Source of the DNA: a virus | Virus record (IMG/VR): IMGVR_UViG_3300019888_000005 | Location: 2,759-66,758 of that record | DNA: 64,000 bases | Reading direction: 5' to 3' (one strand) | Shown: piece after piece, positions 50,303 to 60,416 of the stretch | Layout: the number at the start of each line of letters is the position of its first letter | Numbering within the stretch: the stretch's first letter is position 1 | Program-made: the position numbers and the translations under genes | The notes under the pieces: model-generated | Databases searched by the model: none | What the model was told of the DNA's origin: nothing | The model's input: the letters and a program-made list of their open reading frames with translations, nothing else

Positions 50303-50809
50303 ATGAGCACCAGGTGTGTTGTTGGCATCATTTCGGAGTCCGGCAAGGTGGGGCGTTATTCGCATTGGGATGGGTATCTCGACGCCAAGTTGCCCACCTT
50401 GGCAGCCATCGTTGCGCGAGACGGGGCAACTCAGGCCGGGAATATGCTTATGGCGCAGGACCGGGGAGGGTGGTCCTCGCTGGACGAGAATGCCAGTCTT
50501 GTACAGGAATCGACACTGGGTGGCCGCTCGGAAATCATCGTGGGGTACGGCGAGGCCTATCGGGATGTCGAACCGCAGAAGCCGATCACCTTCGTGGAGG
50601 CCGAGGCGGATGGAATGATCGAATATGCCTATTTCGTCGATGTGCGAATGGGCGTAACGTACGGCGACATCCATTGGCATGAGTTCAACTACGGCGGTCG
50701 CCCGGACAAGCGGGGGATTCTCTCTCCCGCACAGTTCGACAGGGTGGCGGAGTACCTGATGCAGTTGAGCGAGAACGAAGCCGCCAACACCGAAGTTGTA
50801 GAGGCCTGA
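50303..50809 (+). CDS. Conserved phage hypothetical protein
   Basis: MSTR...G.........Y.HWDGY...EYAY; GGGAG SD. Confidence 0.65.
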   Translation: MSTRCVVGIISESGKVGRYSHWDGYLDAKLPTLAAIVARDGATQAGNMLMAQDRGGWSSLDENASLVQESTLGGRSEIIVGYGEAYRDVEPQKPITFVEAEADGMIEYAYFVDVRMGVTYGDIHWHEFNYGGRPDKRGILSPAQFDRVAEYLMQLSENEAANTEVVEA

Positions 50810-51295
50810 ATCGTGTGGAGCTATTTCGTCGAAGGGCTTGTCACCGGAGGTGTGCTGGGCTACGTGGCACGCATGGGGCACCAATCTCTTCGCAAGTACA
50901 GCCGGGAACACTACCTAGCGGAACATCGTGAGCGTCTATGGGCGCGCATCGAGGAGAATCGTGATGACGACAACGCCTCGCCTTCTAAAACCTGACGAAA
51001 CGTATTGTGCGCGGTGCCAACAGATATTCGTCAACGGGGACGCATACGATGTCCATCTTGCGAATCGCACCGGGTGCGCCACGGATAACGGACTGGTGCG
51101 TCGTGGGGACGTGTGGTGCTTCCCCGGACGAGACCGCACGCACAAACCTCGACGCACTCCAGCGCAGGCAGCGTTCGATCGCATCATGACCGAGGTGAAC
51201 TATCGACAGCAGTTCTTGAACAAGAACGCGCGACGTCGATTCAGCGACAGCGATATCGAGAAGGTGCTGGCAGCACTGGAGAGAGACAGGGACCG

Positions 51296-51640
51296 ATGAA
51301 GACTGACCAAGAAATCAAGGAACAAGCGGCAACGCATTGGACGGAGATGACCGTCGACAAGGCCACCCGGTCCATGATGACGCTGTCAGTGGACGAGTTG
51401 CGCGCATTGCTGGCCGAGGTGTGGGACGACGGTTACGACCTGGGCGTGTCCGACGAATGCAGCAGTGTGGACAACATCGGGATCGCGGGCATGGGAATGA
51501 AGGTCGCCCCAGCGCGCGAGAATCCTTACCGGGAATCTCGTTTCACGGAGAGGCCCGAGACGAGCAGTATGGAATTCAGACCGGCACCCATTCAGAGCCC
51601 TGGCGCAGGCCGGGGAGGATATGAGGATCATGACCACTGA
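51296..51640 (+). CDS. Hypothetical protein with WxxGYxxG...NPY module
   Basis: VWDDGYDLG...ENPY. Confidence 0.55.
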   Translation: MKTDQEIKEQAATHWTEMTVDKATRSMMTLSVDELRALLAEVWDDGYDLGVSDECSSVDNIGIAGMGMKVAPARENPYRESRFTERPETSSMEFRPAPIQSPGAGRGGYEDHDH

Positions 51641-52142
51641 CAGCAAGCCCAAGCCCACGGCGGTCCTGGTGGACTGTGATGGCACTCTCGTCGACGTACG
51701 CCCCGTCCGGCACCTCGTGATGAACAAGCCCGCGAACTTTCGTGCCTTCCACGAGCAGGCCGAGGATTGTCCGCCGATCCAGGAGGCACTGGACTTCTGC
51801 GCCGAGGCCAGAGAGTCCGGACATCAGATCGTTATCGTGACGGCGCGCAAGGAGAAGTTCCGAGGTTCCACGGTGAACTGGCTCAATCGCCATATGCCCC
51901 ACCATTATCACGGCCCGGTGATGCGCGACGATGACGACAATCGTCCCGACATCGAGGTCAAGGCGGGGATGCATCGTTGGTTGTGCACTGTCTTCGACAT
52001 CGTGGGGGCCATCGACGACAACCCGCACGTCGTCGCGTTGTGGGAGGGTCTGGGTATCCCGACGATCACAGTTGAGGGTTGGGACCACGAGGCTGCCGCT
52101 GTCTACATCGAGCAGGTAAACAGAATGCCGGTGCGGCGATGA
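51621..52142 (+). CDS. HAD phosphatase (PNKP 3'-phosphatase-like)
   Basis: DCDGT, VTAR, MR...D.RPD..VK, IDDN. Confidence 0.85.
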   Translation: MRIMTTDSKPKPTAVLVDCDGTLVDVRPVRHLVMNKPANFRAFHEQAEDCPPIQEALDFCAEARESGHQIVIVTARKEKFRGSTVNWLNRHMPHHYHGPVMRDDDDNRPDIEVKAGMHRWLCTVFDIVGAIDDNPHVVALWEGLGIPTITVEGWDHEAAAVYIEQVNRMPVRR

Positions 52143-52668
52143 GCGCTCACGACGAGCTGACTCCGTTGGAGTCCAACGCGCTCAAGTGGGTGCTGCTGTG
52201 CCAGCGCTATCAGTACGACCCGCTGACCGCTGACGTGACGTACTTCGAACCCCGTCACCTCAGCGCGAAGCTCGGGATCGACCCGAACCACGAGCACGTG
52301 CATTTCGCCGCCGAGTCGCGTCCACCACCTACCGATGGGTGATCCCGACATCGAGCTGGAGCTGGACAAGCTCCGCGTCGTGGGGCCACAGCTTGCCGCT
52401 ACGGTGGCGTTCATTCAGTGGTTGCACGAGAACGGTATCGTTCTGGCACAACCCAATCCGGCGATAGGGATGCTGAGCAGACTGGAGGCTACTCCCGATC
52501 AGGTGGCAGCGGCGTTTCACGGCATCGACATGGTGCGACTGGAGAAGGAGCGCAAGAACTTTCTGGGGGAGAAGTGAACGGGCCTCGCGACAAACTTGAA
52601 GCGTTCTACTTCGGGTTCTTCTTCGGCCTGGTGTTCTCCGGTGTCGTTGTGGCCGTGTTCGGGTGGCG

Positions 52669-52696
52669 GTAACGTATTTTGTTTTTGATGTATAGG
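52669..52696 (+). promoter_or_regulatory. GTAAC promoter copy (16-nt spacer)
   Basis: GTAACG...GTATAG. Confidence 0.55.
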
Positions 52697-52982
52697 CTCG
52701 TTGTACTCCACCACGATTGAGAGAGGGGCTCACATGCCCGCATCACTTCCCTGGCAGGTCGATACCTACAACGTCGCTGCAATGTACGACGACGGCGAGA
52801 TCGTCACCGCGGTGTTCGATGTGCCGACGAACTCCACCGACGACGTGATCGAGATAGCAGCTCGTGAGACGCTGATCGACAACTACATCGGCACCCCTGC
52901 CATCGTGTCCATCGTGCTGTGCGGCGACTGGTAGAGAACGACGGGCCATTGTTCCGGTGAGCCAGTTCCCGAAAAAATAAAT

Positions 52983-53010
52983 GTAACGTTTCCGGGTAAG
53001 TGTCCGATAG
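52983..53010 (+). promoter_or_regulatory. GTAAC promoter copy (18-nt spacer)
   Basis: GTAACG...CGATAG. Confidence 0.6.
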
Positions 53011-53066
53011 ACCCCATGTAAAGCAGTTCACACGGAGCTGCATATCACTTCCACGAAGGGCATTCC

Positions 53067-53477
53067 ATGACCACCCACGCCAGCTTCAACGTTCCGCAGG
53101 ACCAGCCCGTCACGGCTGTCAACCCGAAGGTGTTCTTCGCCTTCGTCGCGTTGCTTGCCATCGTAGGCATCTTGGCCGGTGCGCTGCTGCACGACAACGG
53201 TACTTCTTCGACCAGTACTGCTACTGCTCCGGTCCAGACCAAGGACCAGTTGTACATCCAGCAGCTCGCGTCCATCGGCGTTGTCCCCCTCCACAGCGAG
53301 CAAGGCCTTATTTTCTTGGGACATCAGATCTGCGCGGAGCAGCAGCTCGGTGGTTCGCCGCAGATGTCGGCGGTGGAGTATGTCAGCAAGAACGACGTGG
53401 ACTACTCGCAGGCTCAGGGAGCGGTTGCTATCGCGATTCGCGTCTACTGCCCCCAGTACAACACCTCCGACTACTGA
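53067..53477 (+). CDS. Membrane-anchored DUF732-family protein
   Basis: TM helix; D..Y...L...G......LI..GH.IC....A...YCP.Y. Confidence 0.75.
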   Translation: MTTHASFNVPQDQPVTAVNPKVFFAFVALLAIVGILAGALLHDNGTSSTSTATAPVQTKDQLYIQQLASIGVVPLHSEQGLIFLGHQICAEQQLGGSPQMSAVEYVSKNDVDYSQAQGAVAIAIRVYCPQYNTSDY

Positions 53478-53494
53478 CCCACCCGCTGGTCGCC

Positions 53495-53520
53495 GTAACG
53501 CTTTCCCGTCTGTTCCGATG
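53495..53520 (+). promoter_or_regulatory. GTAAC-N17-GAT promoter copy
   Basis: GTAACG...CGATG. Confidence 0.6.
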
Positions 53521-53851
53521 CCTGATGAGGATCGGAACTGTCCAGAGGAGGACCCACCCATGCCCGGACAGAAGATGTCCCATGCCGATGCCGTTGCGGT
53601 AGCGATGCAACACATCATGCACCAGAACACCTACGAGAGTACCTACGAGGCTGCCGTGTCGTTCGCAAAGTCTCGCGCCGAGAACATGGTGGTCGTGGAG
53701 CATTTCGCGGAACGGTTTGCGATCAGGCATCACGAATATCTATGGGGACCAGCAGATCTGGATAAGGCGTGGGGTGAACAGCAACGGGCAGTGTTCTCCA
53801 TCGCAGGCGTACGGAATCCGAGGGATTAAATATCTCGTAATCCGTAAATCC

Positions 53852-53881
53852 GTAACATTTTTTATACTGTCCCGATATACT
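53852..53881 (+). promoter_or_regulatory. GTAAC-N17 promoter copy upstream of the ardC-like gene and polysaccharide operon
   Basis: GTAACA...CGATATACT. Confidence 0.72.
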
Positions 53882-53929
53882 AAGCAAGAGGTTCACACGG
53901 AACCCCAATCAGCCCCACGGAGGCAATTG

Positions 53930-54890
53930 ATGGCCACGTCCACATCACAGACTCGCAAGCCGGTGTCCGAAGCTGAGCGCGAGCGTCGATCCACTGCTCG
54001 CAAGGCGCAAGCCGAAGCAATGCAGGCGTCCCTCGCCACTCAGGTCGAGGCAATGGCGTCGGGCGAGCAGTGGAAGGCGTTTCTCGACCACGCGCAATCG
54101 TTCCACAAATACAGTTTCTCCAACATGATGTTGATCTTGGCTCAACATCCCACCGCGACGAAGGTCGCCGGGTTCGACGACGAAGGTCGCCGGGTTCGAC
54201 CAGTGGTGTGCGAAGGGTCGAGTTCCGCGCAAGGGGGAGAAGGGGATCAAGATCTACGGCTACTCCGTCAAGAAGACCACCGACGAGGTGACGGGCAAGG
54301 AGAAGCGCGAAGTCTACTACCCGCTGTGGACCGTCTTTGCGCAGGACCAGACGGTCGAGTTCGAGGGTGACGAGATCAAGCTCGGGAACAAGACGATCAA
54401 GGTGAAACACCGCGAATCCGAGCATCCCGCCAGGTTGCTGGAGGGCGAGGACACCGCACAGATCGGCCAGCGGGTCATCAAGTACGTCATAGGTCACGGC
54501 TGGAACTTCGAGTTCGAGGATATTGCCGGATCGTCCAACGGCTACACCACCCAGGACGGCTCCAAGCGCGTCGTGGTGGACATCAAGCTCAGCCCGATCA
54601 TGGCGGTCAAGACGAGTTTGCACGAGGCAGCGCACATGCTGCTGCACACCTCCGAGGAGGGCATGAAGACTCTCCGCGATACCGCCGAGTTGGAGGCCGA
54701 GAGTGTGGCCTACATCGTGGGCGGATTGCTGGGACTGGACACCACCGACTACAGCATCGGTTATCTCACCGGCTGGGCGGAAGGTGACGGCGAGGCTGTC
54801 AAGGCCACTGCCACTCGTGTGCTCAAGACGGCACACATCATCATCGAGGCGCTCGACCCGAGCACCCCGGAAGCAGAAGAGAAGGAATGA
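53930..54890 (+). pseudogene. ArdC-like antirestriction protein (ssDNA-binding + zincin HExxH), frameshifted by a 22-bp duplication
   Basis: FH.YSF.N..LI..Q.P.AT.VAGF..W...GR...KGEKGI after removing one repeat unit; HEAAH and ELEAESVAY in the C-terminal half. Confidence 0.8.
54157..54200 (+). repeat. Perfect 22-bp tandem duplication
   Basis: GACGAAGGTCGCCGGGTTCGAC x2. Confidence 0.95.
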
Positions 54891-55111
54891 TGATCTTCAC
54901 CAAGACATCCGTGTTCAGCGGGAAGGCCAACTCGATGGAGTTGCCGATCACGGAACAGCAGTACGACGAGTGGATGGCGTATCCCCGCCATGAACGTCCA
55001 TTCGTGCAGCACAGCTTTCCGCAGCTCAATCCCGAGCAGCGGGAGTTTCTCATCAACGGCGTCACGCCTGATGAGTGGTTGGAAGCATTCGGAACCGAGG
55101 AGGACAGCTGA
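54887..55111 (+). CDS. Conserved small phage protein
   Basis: VQ..FP.L..EQREFL.NG.TP.EW. Confidence 0.65.
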   Translation: MMIFTKTSVFSGKANSMELPITEQQYDEWMAYPRHERPFVQHSFPQLNPEQREFLINGVTPDEWLEAFGTEEDS

Positions 55112-55410
55112 TGGGCGGTCAAGAGTTCTACGAGATGGCTACGGGAGCGTCGATGGGGGAGGCATTCACCAAGGCTTTCGACCAGGCGCAGTGGGAGTAC
55201 GGCCACGGTGGCTACACCGGCAGCATTGCCGAGAAGCCCGGAGCGCATCTCCTTCAGCGCGAAGAATTACCGGACGAGAAGGCTGCGATGGTGGTAGCCG
55301 AGAAGATGTTGCGGGGCGACGATCCGATAGCCAACGACAAGTGGGGCCCAGCGGCGTGCCTGTCGATCCAGGGTGGTAAGTGGTTGTTCTTCGGGGTGGC
55401 GTCATCGTGA
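55111..55410 (+). CDS. Conserved small phage protein
   Basis: A.WEYGHGGYTGSIAEK...KWGPA; GAGGAGG SD. Confidence 0.65.
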   Translation: MGGQEFYEMATGASMGEAFTKAFDQAQWEYGHGGYTGSIAEKPGAHLLQREELPDEKAAMVVAEKMLRGDDPIANDKWGPAACLSIQGGKWLFFGVASS

Positions 55411-56720
55411 CTGAGATGATGGTCGAGGTGATGGTCGAGGAGGATGTACTCCTCCCGCTTCGTGGGCAGACGGTTGTCGTGGTGGGGATGGGTTACGTGG
55501 GCTTGCCCACGGCGCTGTCTCTGGTGAGCAAGGGTGCGCGAGTGATGGGGCTCGACGCCAGTGCCGCTCGACTGCGCAATATTCACCATGGCAGCGTCGA
55601 TCTCTCGGCGCGGGACATGGAACGGCTGCGTCAGTATCGCTCCGGGGCTCAACTGGACTTGTCGGAGGACCCCGAGGTGCTCTCCGATGCGGATTACGTC
55701 GTGATCTGTGTCCCGACTCCGGTGGACGATTACCAGGCCCCGGACCTCGCGGCGCTTCAGGGTGCCTGCGACAGCGTAGTGGAGCGAGCGAAGGCGGGGC
55801 AGACGATCATCCTGACCTCGACCACCTATGTGGGGTGCACGCGCAAGATGTTGGTCGAGCCGCTTGCGGCACGCGGTCTGGTTGCGGGACAGGACATCTC
55901 GGTCGTCTTCAGTCCCGAGCGCATCAATCCTGGTGTCGCAGACCACATGCCGGAGCTGACGCCTCGTGTGGTGGGTGGCACGACCGCCAACTGCCTGTTG
56001 GCGGGACAGGAGTTTCTGTCTCATATATCCAGCACGGTGCATGTGGTGACGTCGCTGGAGACAGCCGAGATGACCAAGCTCATGGAGAACACCTTTCGGG
56101 CGGTCAACATCGCATTGGCCAACGAATTCTCCGATGTAGCCAACGAGCTGGGTGTGGACATTGTGGAGGCGGTCGATGCTGCTGCCACCAAGCCGTACGG
56201 GTTCATGGCGTTCTACCCCGGAGCCGGGGTGGGTGGGCATTGCATTCCGTGTGATCCGCACTATCTGCTGTGGCAGCTTCGTGGGCGGCGCGTCATCGCT
56301 CCGGTGATCCAGTCGGCCATGGAAGCCATCTCGGTGCGTCCTCGTCGGGTGGTGGAGCGTGCCCGGATGGTGCTGGGTGAGTCCGGTCGTACTCTGGCGA
56401 ACGCTCGTGTGCTGGTGGTGGGCGTGACGTACAAACCAGGGGTGGCAGATGTGCGGGAATCTCCGGCACTGGAAATCATCGACGGGCTGATGCACCTCGG
56501 GGCCAAGGTGTCCTACGTGGACCCCTTCGTTCCTGCGTTGGATACTCCGCTCGGAGGACGCTTGCTCAGTCAGACGAACGCGGATCAGTTCGCGAAGATT
56601 TGGGACTTGGTGATTGTGCACACTGTGCACCCCGGACAGGATTACGGGTGGCTGGAAAACAGCTTTGCCGTACTGGACACGACCTACCGTTTGGACTTCC
56701 CGAACCGGCACGTGCTGTGA
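55407..56720 (+). CDS. Nucleotide-sugar 6-dehydrogenase (UDP-N-acetylhexosamine dehydrogenase, WbpA/WecC/TviB-like)
   Basis: GMGYVG, ICVPTP, FSPERINPG, AEMTKLMENTFRAVNIALANE, GVGGHCIP.DP, YKPGVADVRESP. Confidence 0.93.
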   Translation: MTEMMVEVMVEEDVLLPLRGQTVVVVGMGYVGLPTALSLVSKGARVMGLDASAARLRNIHHGSVDLSARDMERLRQYRSGAQLDLSEDPEVLSDADYVVICVPTPVDDYQAPDLAALQGACDSVVERAKAGQTIILTSTTYVGCTRKMLVEPLAARGLVAGQDISVVFSPERINPGVADHMPELTPRVVGGTTANCLLAGQEFLSHISSTVHVVTSLETAEMTKLMENTFRAVNIALANEFSDVANELGVDIVEAVDAAATKPYGFMAFYPGAGVGGHCIPCDPHYLLWQLRGRRVIAPVIQSAMEAISVRPRRVVERARMVLGESGRTLANARVLVVGVTYKPGVADVRESPALEIIDGLMHLGAKVSYVDPFVPALDTPLGGRLLSQTNADQFAKIWDLVIVHTVHPGQDYGWLENSFAVLDTTYRLDFPNRHVL

Positions 56721-58063
56721 TTGCGATGCTCGCTTCGGCGAGAAACGGTGTGCGGGAAAGTCCTGTATCTCGTTCCGGGAGAAGCACTTTCCAAGTGGTG
56801 CTGTTGTGCATCTTCGGTGTCGTGGTCATTGGGATCATCGTGCTGAAGGTTTACACCTACTCCAACTTGGTGAAGGACCCCATATTCGCCGTCTACAGCG
56901 TGACGATCACCACGTTCATTCTCTCTCGTTTCGGGTTGGGATGGCTGTACCTGCGTGCCCGCTCCAGGATTGTGACGGGGGAGGCAGCAGAACAGCTCTA
57001 CTACGAGCCGACAGTGGCGATCATCGTTCCCGCCTACAACGAGCCGGACATCGCTGCCACCATCAGGGCGTGCGTGAGTGTCGATTACCCCAAGGGCAAG
57101 CTGAAAGTGGTTGTGGTGGACGACAAGTCCACCGACAACACCCTGGAGCTGATTTATCGAGCGCAGATCGACCTCGAAGACGACGAGTTCATTACAGTGA
57201 TCCCGTTGGTCGTCAACGGGGGCAAGCGGCACGCCCTGGCGGCGGGGTATGCGGCACTGGAACCTGAGGATGGGGAAATCTGCGTCTTTATCGACTCCGA
57301 CAGCCAGGTGACTGCGGAGGGCGTCACCAAGTTGGTGGCATACTTCCGCGATGCCACGGTTGGGGCCGTAGCGGGCCATACGGACGTGGCAAACCGCCAG
57401 ACGAACATCCTCACGCGGATGCAGGCCATGCAGTACTACATCGCCTTTCGGATCTACAAATCAGCCGAGGCGCTGTTCGGGTGTGTCACGTGTTGCTCGG
57501 GATGTTTCTCGGGGTATCGCCGGAGTGCGTTGGAGCCGATTCTCGACCCCTGGTTGAAGCAGAGCTTCTGCGGGATGTTGAGCACCTACGGGGACGACCG
57601 GAGCTTGACGAACTTCCTGCTGCCCGATTGGCGGATTCTGTATGCCCCGGACGCTCAGGCATACACGAACGTGCCCGAACATCTGAGGCAACTGCTCAAG
57701 CAACAACTGCGGTGGAAGAAGAGCTGGTTGCGGGAGTGCACTCGTGCCGCGAAGGTGATGTGGCGCAAGCACCCGATCATGGTGGCGTTGTTCTATCTCG
57801 GGTTCATTCTGCCGCTGCTTGCTCCGCAGGTCGTTTTCCGAGCCATGGTAGTGCAGCCGTATTTCATCAACGAATTGCCGGTCTGGTATTTCGGTGGAGT
57901 GGCTGCGATGGCGGTCATGTACGGGATCTATTACCGCGCGCATCAAAGCGAAAAGCGTTGGTATCAAGGAATTTTCTTCACTCTGTTCTATACAGTCATT
58001 CTCGTCTGGCAACTGCCCTACGCAATGGCCACCATCCGGGATTCGAAATGGGGGACTCGCTGA
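56717..58063 (+). CDS. Processive membrane GT2 polysaccharide synthase (hyaluronan synthase/NodC-like)
   Basis: 2 N-terminal TMs, VPAYNE, DDKSTD, GKRHA, DSDS, CCSGC...YR, GDDRSLTN, QQLRWKKSW, C-terminal TMs, WGTR. Confidence 0.93.
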   Translation: MIAMLASARNGVRESPVSRSGRSTFQVVLLCIFGVVVIGIIVLKVYTYSNLVKDPIFAVYSVTITTFILSRFGLGWLYLRARSRIVTGEAAEQLYYEPTVAIIVPAYNEPDIAATIRACVSVDYPKGKLKVVVVDDKSTDNTLELIYRAQIDLEDDEFITVIPLVVNGGKRHALAAGYAALEPEDGEICVFIDSDSQVTAEGVTKLVAYFRDATVGAVAGHTDVANRQTNILTRMQAMQYYIAFRIYKSAEALFGCVTCCSGCFSGYRRSALEPILDPWLKQSFCGMLSTYGDDRSLTNFLLPDWRILYAPDAQAYTNVPEHLRQLLKQQLRWKKSWLRECTRAAKVMWRKHPIMVALFYLGFILPLLAPQVVFRAMVVQPYFINELPVWYFGGVAAMAVMYGIYYRAHQSEKRWYQGIFFTLFYTVILVWQLPYAMATIRDSKWGTR

Positions 58064-59667
58064 TGTTCGGAATGCGTTTGAAATCATTACGACGACGGAC
58101 TGTGGTGTTCGTCGTGTCGGCGTCGACAACCGTCATGGTGTTGAGCCTGGTCGTGCTGTATCTTCTCGTGCCGGGGTCGTGGCAATGGAATCATGCAGCG
58201 GCCAGAGTCAATACGATCAGATCCAACGTCGTGGAGCAGGTCGTTGCCGTCACTCCCGCCACTTCATCGCAAGCATTGGTCGATCGACTCAAGACAGCGA
58301 GCACCAGCTCGCAGAGTGCGCCGATCATCTTGACCTATCACGACGTCGGCTATCGGCAGAACGACTACACGGTCACTCCCGAGGTGTTCGCCGCACAGAT
58401 GAAGTTGCTCGCGGACGGTGGGTGGTCCACGCTGACTGCCGATCAGCTCTCCGCGTGGCTCAAGGGCACCCCGTTGCCACCACACAGTGTGATGATCACG
58501 TTCGACGACGGTGTGCGGGGGGTGTGGAAGTATGCGGACAACATTCTTGCTGCCAACCATCAGCACGCGATTGCGTACATCATCACCGGGTTCGTGGGGA
58601 CGAATGTGCCCTACTACATGACATGGGAAGAGATTCAGGCACTTCAGAAGTCGGGTCGATGGGACATCGAGGCTCACACCCACCTCGGTCACGTGAACAT
58701 CAAGACGGACGAGAACGGTACACCGGGGCCGTTTCTGACCAGTCTGCAATGGCTTCCGGATCAACACAGGATGGAAACTGCTGACGAATACCATGTGCGT
58801 ATTCTCGGCGACTTGGTGGAGTGCAAGAGACAGCTTGTCGATCACGGCATTCCGTCTCCGAACTTCTTCGCCTATCCGTACTCGGCGCACACCGATGCAC
58901 CGTCTGGCACCAACTTGTTGAGGGATACGGTGGGTTCGTTGTTCCAGGCAGCGATGCTCGACCAGGCAGGTTCTGTCTCTACCACCACCACTACCAATCT
59001 CAGCGATTTCAATATCGGTCGTATGGATATCACGAGCAAGGTCTCTCTGGAGACGTGGGTGAATTATCTGCGTGATGCCAGTCCGTTGAATCCGGTTGGC
59101 TTGCGTCCGTTCGCAATGGCAGGTGACTGGATCACCGACGACGACCGATTCAAGGCCCAGTTACCCATCGAGAATCCCGATCAGGTGCTGCGGCTCGATC
59201 CTGGTCCGCACGCCTATACGGGGCGCATCTTCGCTCGGTTCCGCAGCAGTATGTGGAACACCTACACGGTGAGCGTGAGGGTCGGCGGGTTCGTCGCACC
59301 AGCAGACGGGATGACGGTGGGACTGATTGCCCTGTCGGGTAATTGGGACAATCAGGTGGATGTCACGATCAGCGACGGTTACTTCCAGGTTCGTCGGGGG
59401 ATGGACAAGAACAACATCGTCACCACCGGGAATCTCGCCCCGGACAGTGCTTACACTGTCGTCATCGCAGTACATCCCGAGGGCGTCACAGTGGCTGTTG
59501 GTGGACGGCAGGTGTACGCCTTCGTCATACCTCCGGTCAGCTTGGACGTGTCGGTTGCTGCGCCCAACAGCCCGCGCGCCGTTGCGGGTGGTATCGAACT
59601 CAGCGCCAACCGAGAGTTCGAAACCAGTCCCGTACCTCAGTTCAGTGATCTCAAGGTGGATAAATGA
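58063..59667 (+). CDS. Membrane-anchored polysaccharide deacetylase (CE4, PgaB/IcaB-like) with C-terminal beta-sandwich
   Basis: N-terminal TM; ILTYHDV, ITFDDG, HTHLGH, FAYPY. Confidence 0.88.
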   Translation: MFGMRLKSLRRRTVVFVVSASTTVMVLSLVVLYLLVPGSWQWNHAAARVNTIRSNVVEQVVAVTPATSSQALVDRLKTASTSSQSAPIILTYHDVGYRQNDYTVTPEVFAAQMKLLADGGWSTLTADQLSAWLKGTPLPPHSVMITFDDGVRGVWKYADNILAANHQHAIAYIITGFVGTNVPYYMTWEEIQALQKSGRWDIEAHTHLGHVNIKTDENGTPGPFLTSLQWLPDQHRMETADEYHVRILGDLVECKRQLVDHGIPSPNFFAYPYSAHTDAPSGTNLLRDTVGSLFQAAMLDQAGSVSTTTTTNLSDFNIGRMDITSKVSLETWVNYLRDASPLNPVGLRPFAMAGDWITDDDRFKAQLPIENPDQVLRLDPGPHAYTGRIFARFRSSMWNTYTVSVRVGGFVAPADGMTVGLIALSGNWDNQVDVTISDGYFQVRRGMDKNNIVTTGNLAPDSAYTVVIAVHPEGVTVAVGGRQVYAFVIPPVSLDVSVAAPNSPRAVAGGIELSANREFETSPVPQFSDLKVDK

Positions 59668-60416
59668 TCTTACGTGCCCTGGTCGCAAGTGCAGCGATGC
59701 TCGCCGTTGCGGGTGGATGCACTGAATCTCCGGTACAGGTGACACCCACCGCGTTCGTCCCGTTGTCCGACAATTTCCACGGGCCCGACGAGTTGATCCT
59801 GTCGGAGTTCAACCACCCCGACACGGTGGCGCAGCGGGACGACAACTGGGACGTGACGAGTGGATCGTTGTATCGCTCCAACGACACCGGGTGGACGGGG
59901 CGACTGGACAAGAGGTCCAAGATGGCGACCGATTCGCAGGTGTTCCGCATGGTGTCCGTGCGGCGGGATTTCGGCGATGTGACCATGTCCTTGCGGTTGC
60001 GCGTGAACGACATGGTGGAGAGTAACGGCACTCCGGCACAGGATTTCGATGGCGCTCATATCTGGCTGCGCTATACAGGTGAAACGTCGTTGTACGCGAT
60101 CTCGGTGGACCGTCGAGACGGAGCGATGGTCATCAAGAAGAAATGCGTGGGGGGTACGGACAACGGCGGTACTTACTATGATCTCGTTCCGTTGAACACC
60201 GATAATCCCATCCGAATGGGCCAGTGGGAAAGTATCGTGGCGACGGTGAGGAACATGCCGGACGGCACCGTGAAGGTCACTGGTGATCGAGACGGTACGC
60301 ATGTCGAGGCGGTGGACAGCGGTCAGGGGTGTGCCCCCATCACAGGCACTGGTGGCGTGGGCATTCGCGGCGACAATGCCGAATTGCAGTTCACCGATAT
60401 CGAGGTCGGGCAATGA
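59664..60416 (+). CDS. Lipoprotein with concanavalin/lectin-like beta-sandwich (paralog 1)
   Basis: Signal peptide with LAVAGGC lipobox-like motif; W.VTSGSL, DGAHIW, GIRGDN. Confidence 0.7.
   Translation: MILRALVASAAMLAVAGGCTESPVQVTPTAFVPLSDNFHGPDELILSEFNHPDTVAQRDDNWDVTSGSLYRSNDTGWTGRLDKRSKMATDSQVFRMVSVRRDFGDVTMSLRLRVNDMVESNGTPAQDFDGAHIWLRYTGETSLYAISVDRRDGAMVIKKKCVGGTDNGGTYYDLVPLNTDNPIRMGQWESIVATVRNMPDGTVKVTGDRDGTHVEAVDSGQGCAPITGTGGVGIRGDNAELQFTDIEVGQ

Noticed and set aside
55417-55440. 12-bp tandem repeat TGATGGTCGAGG at the start of the dehydrogenase gene
   Set aside because: In frame and within a variable N-terminus; no evident consequence
56717-58063. Naming the GT2 hasA
   Set aside because: The motifs are shared with NodC/chitin-type synthases, and the partner enzymes argue against assuming hyaluronan
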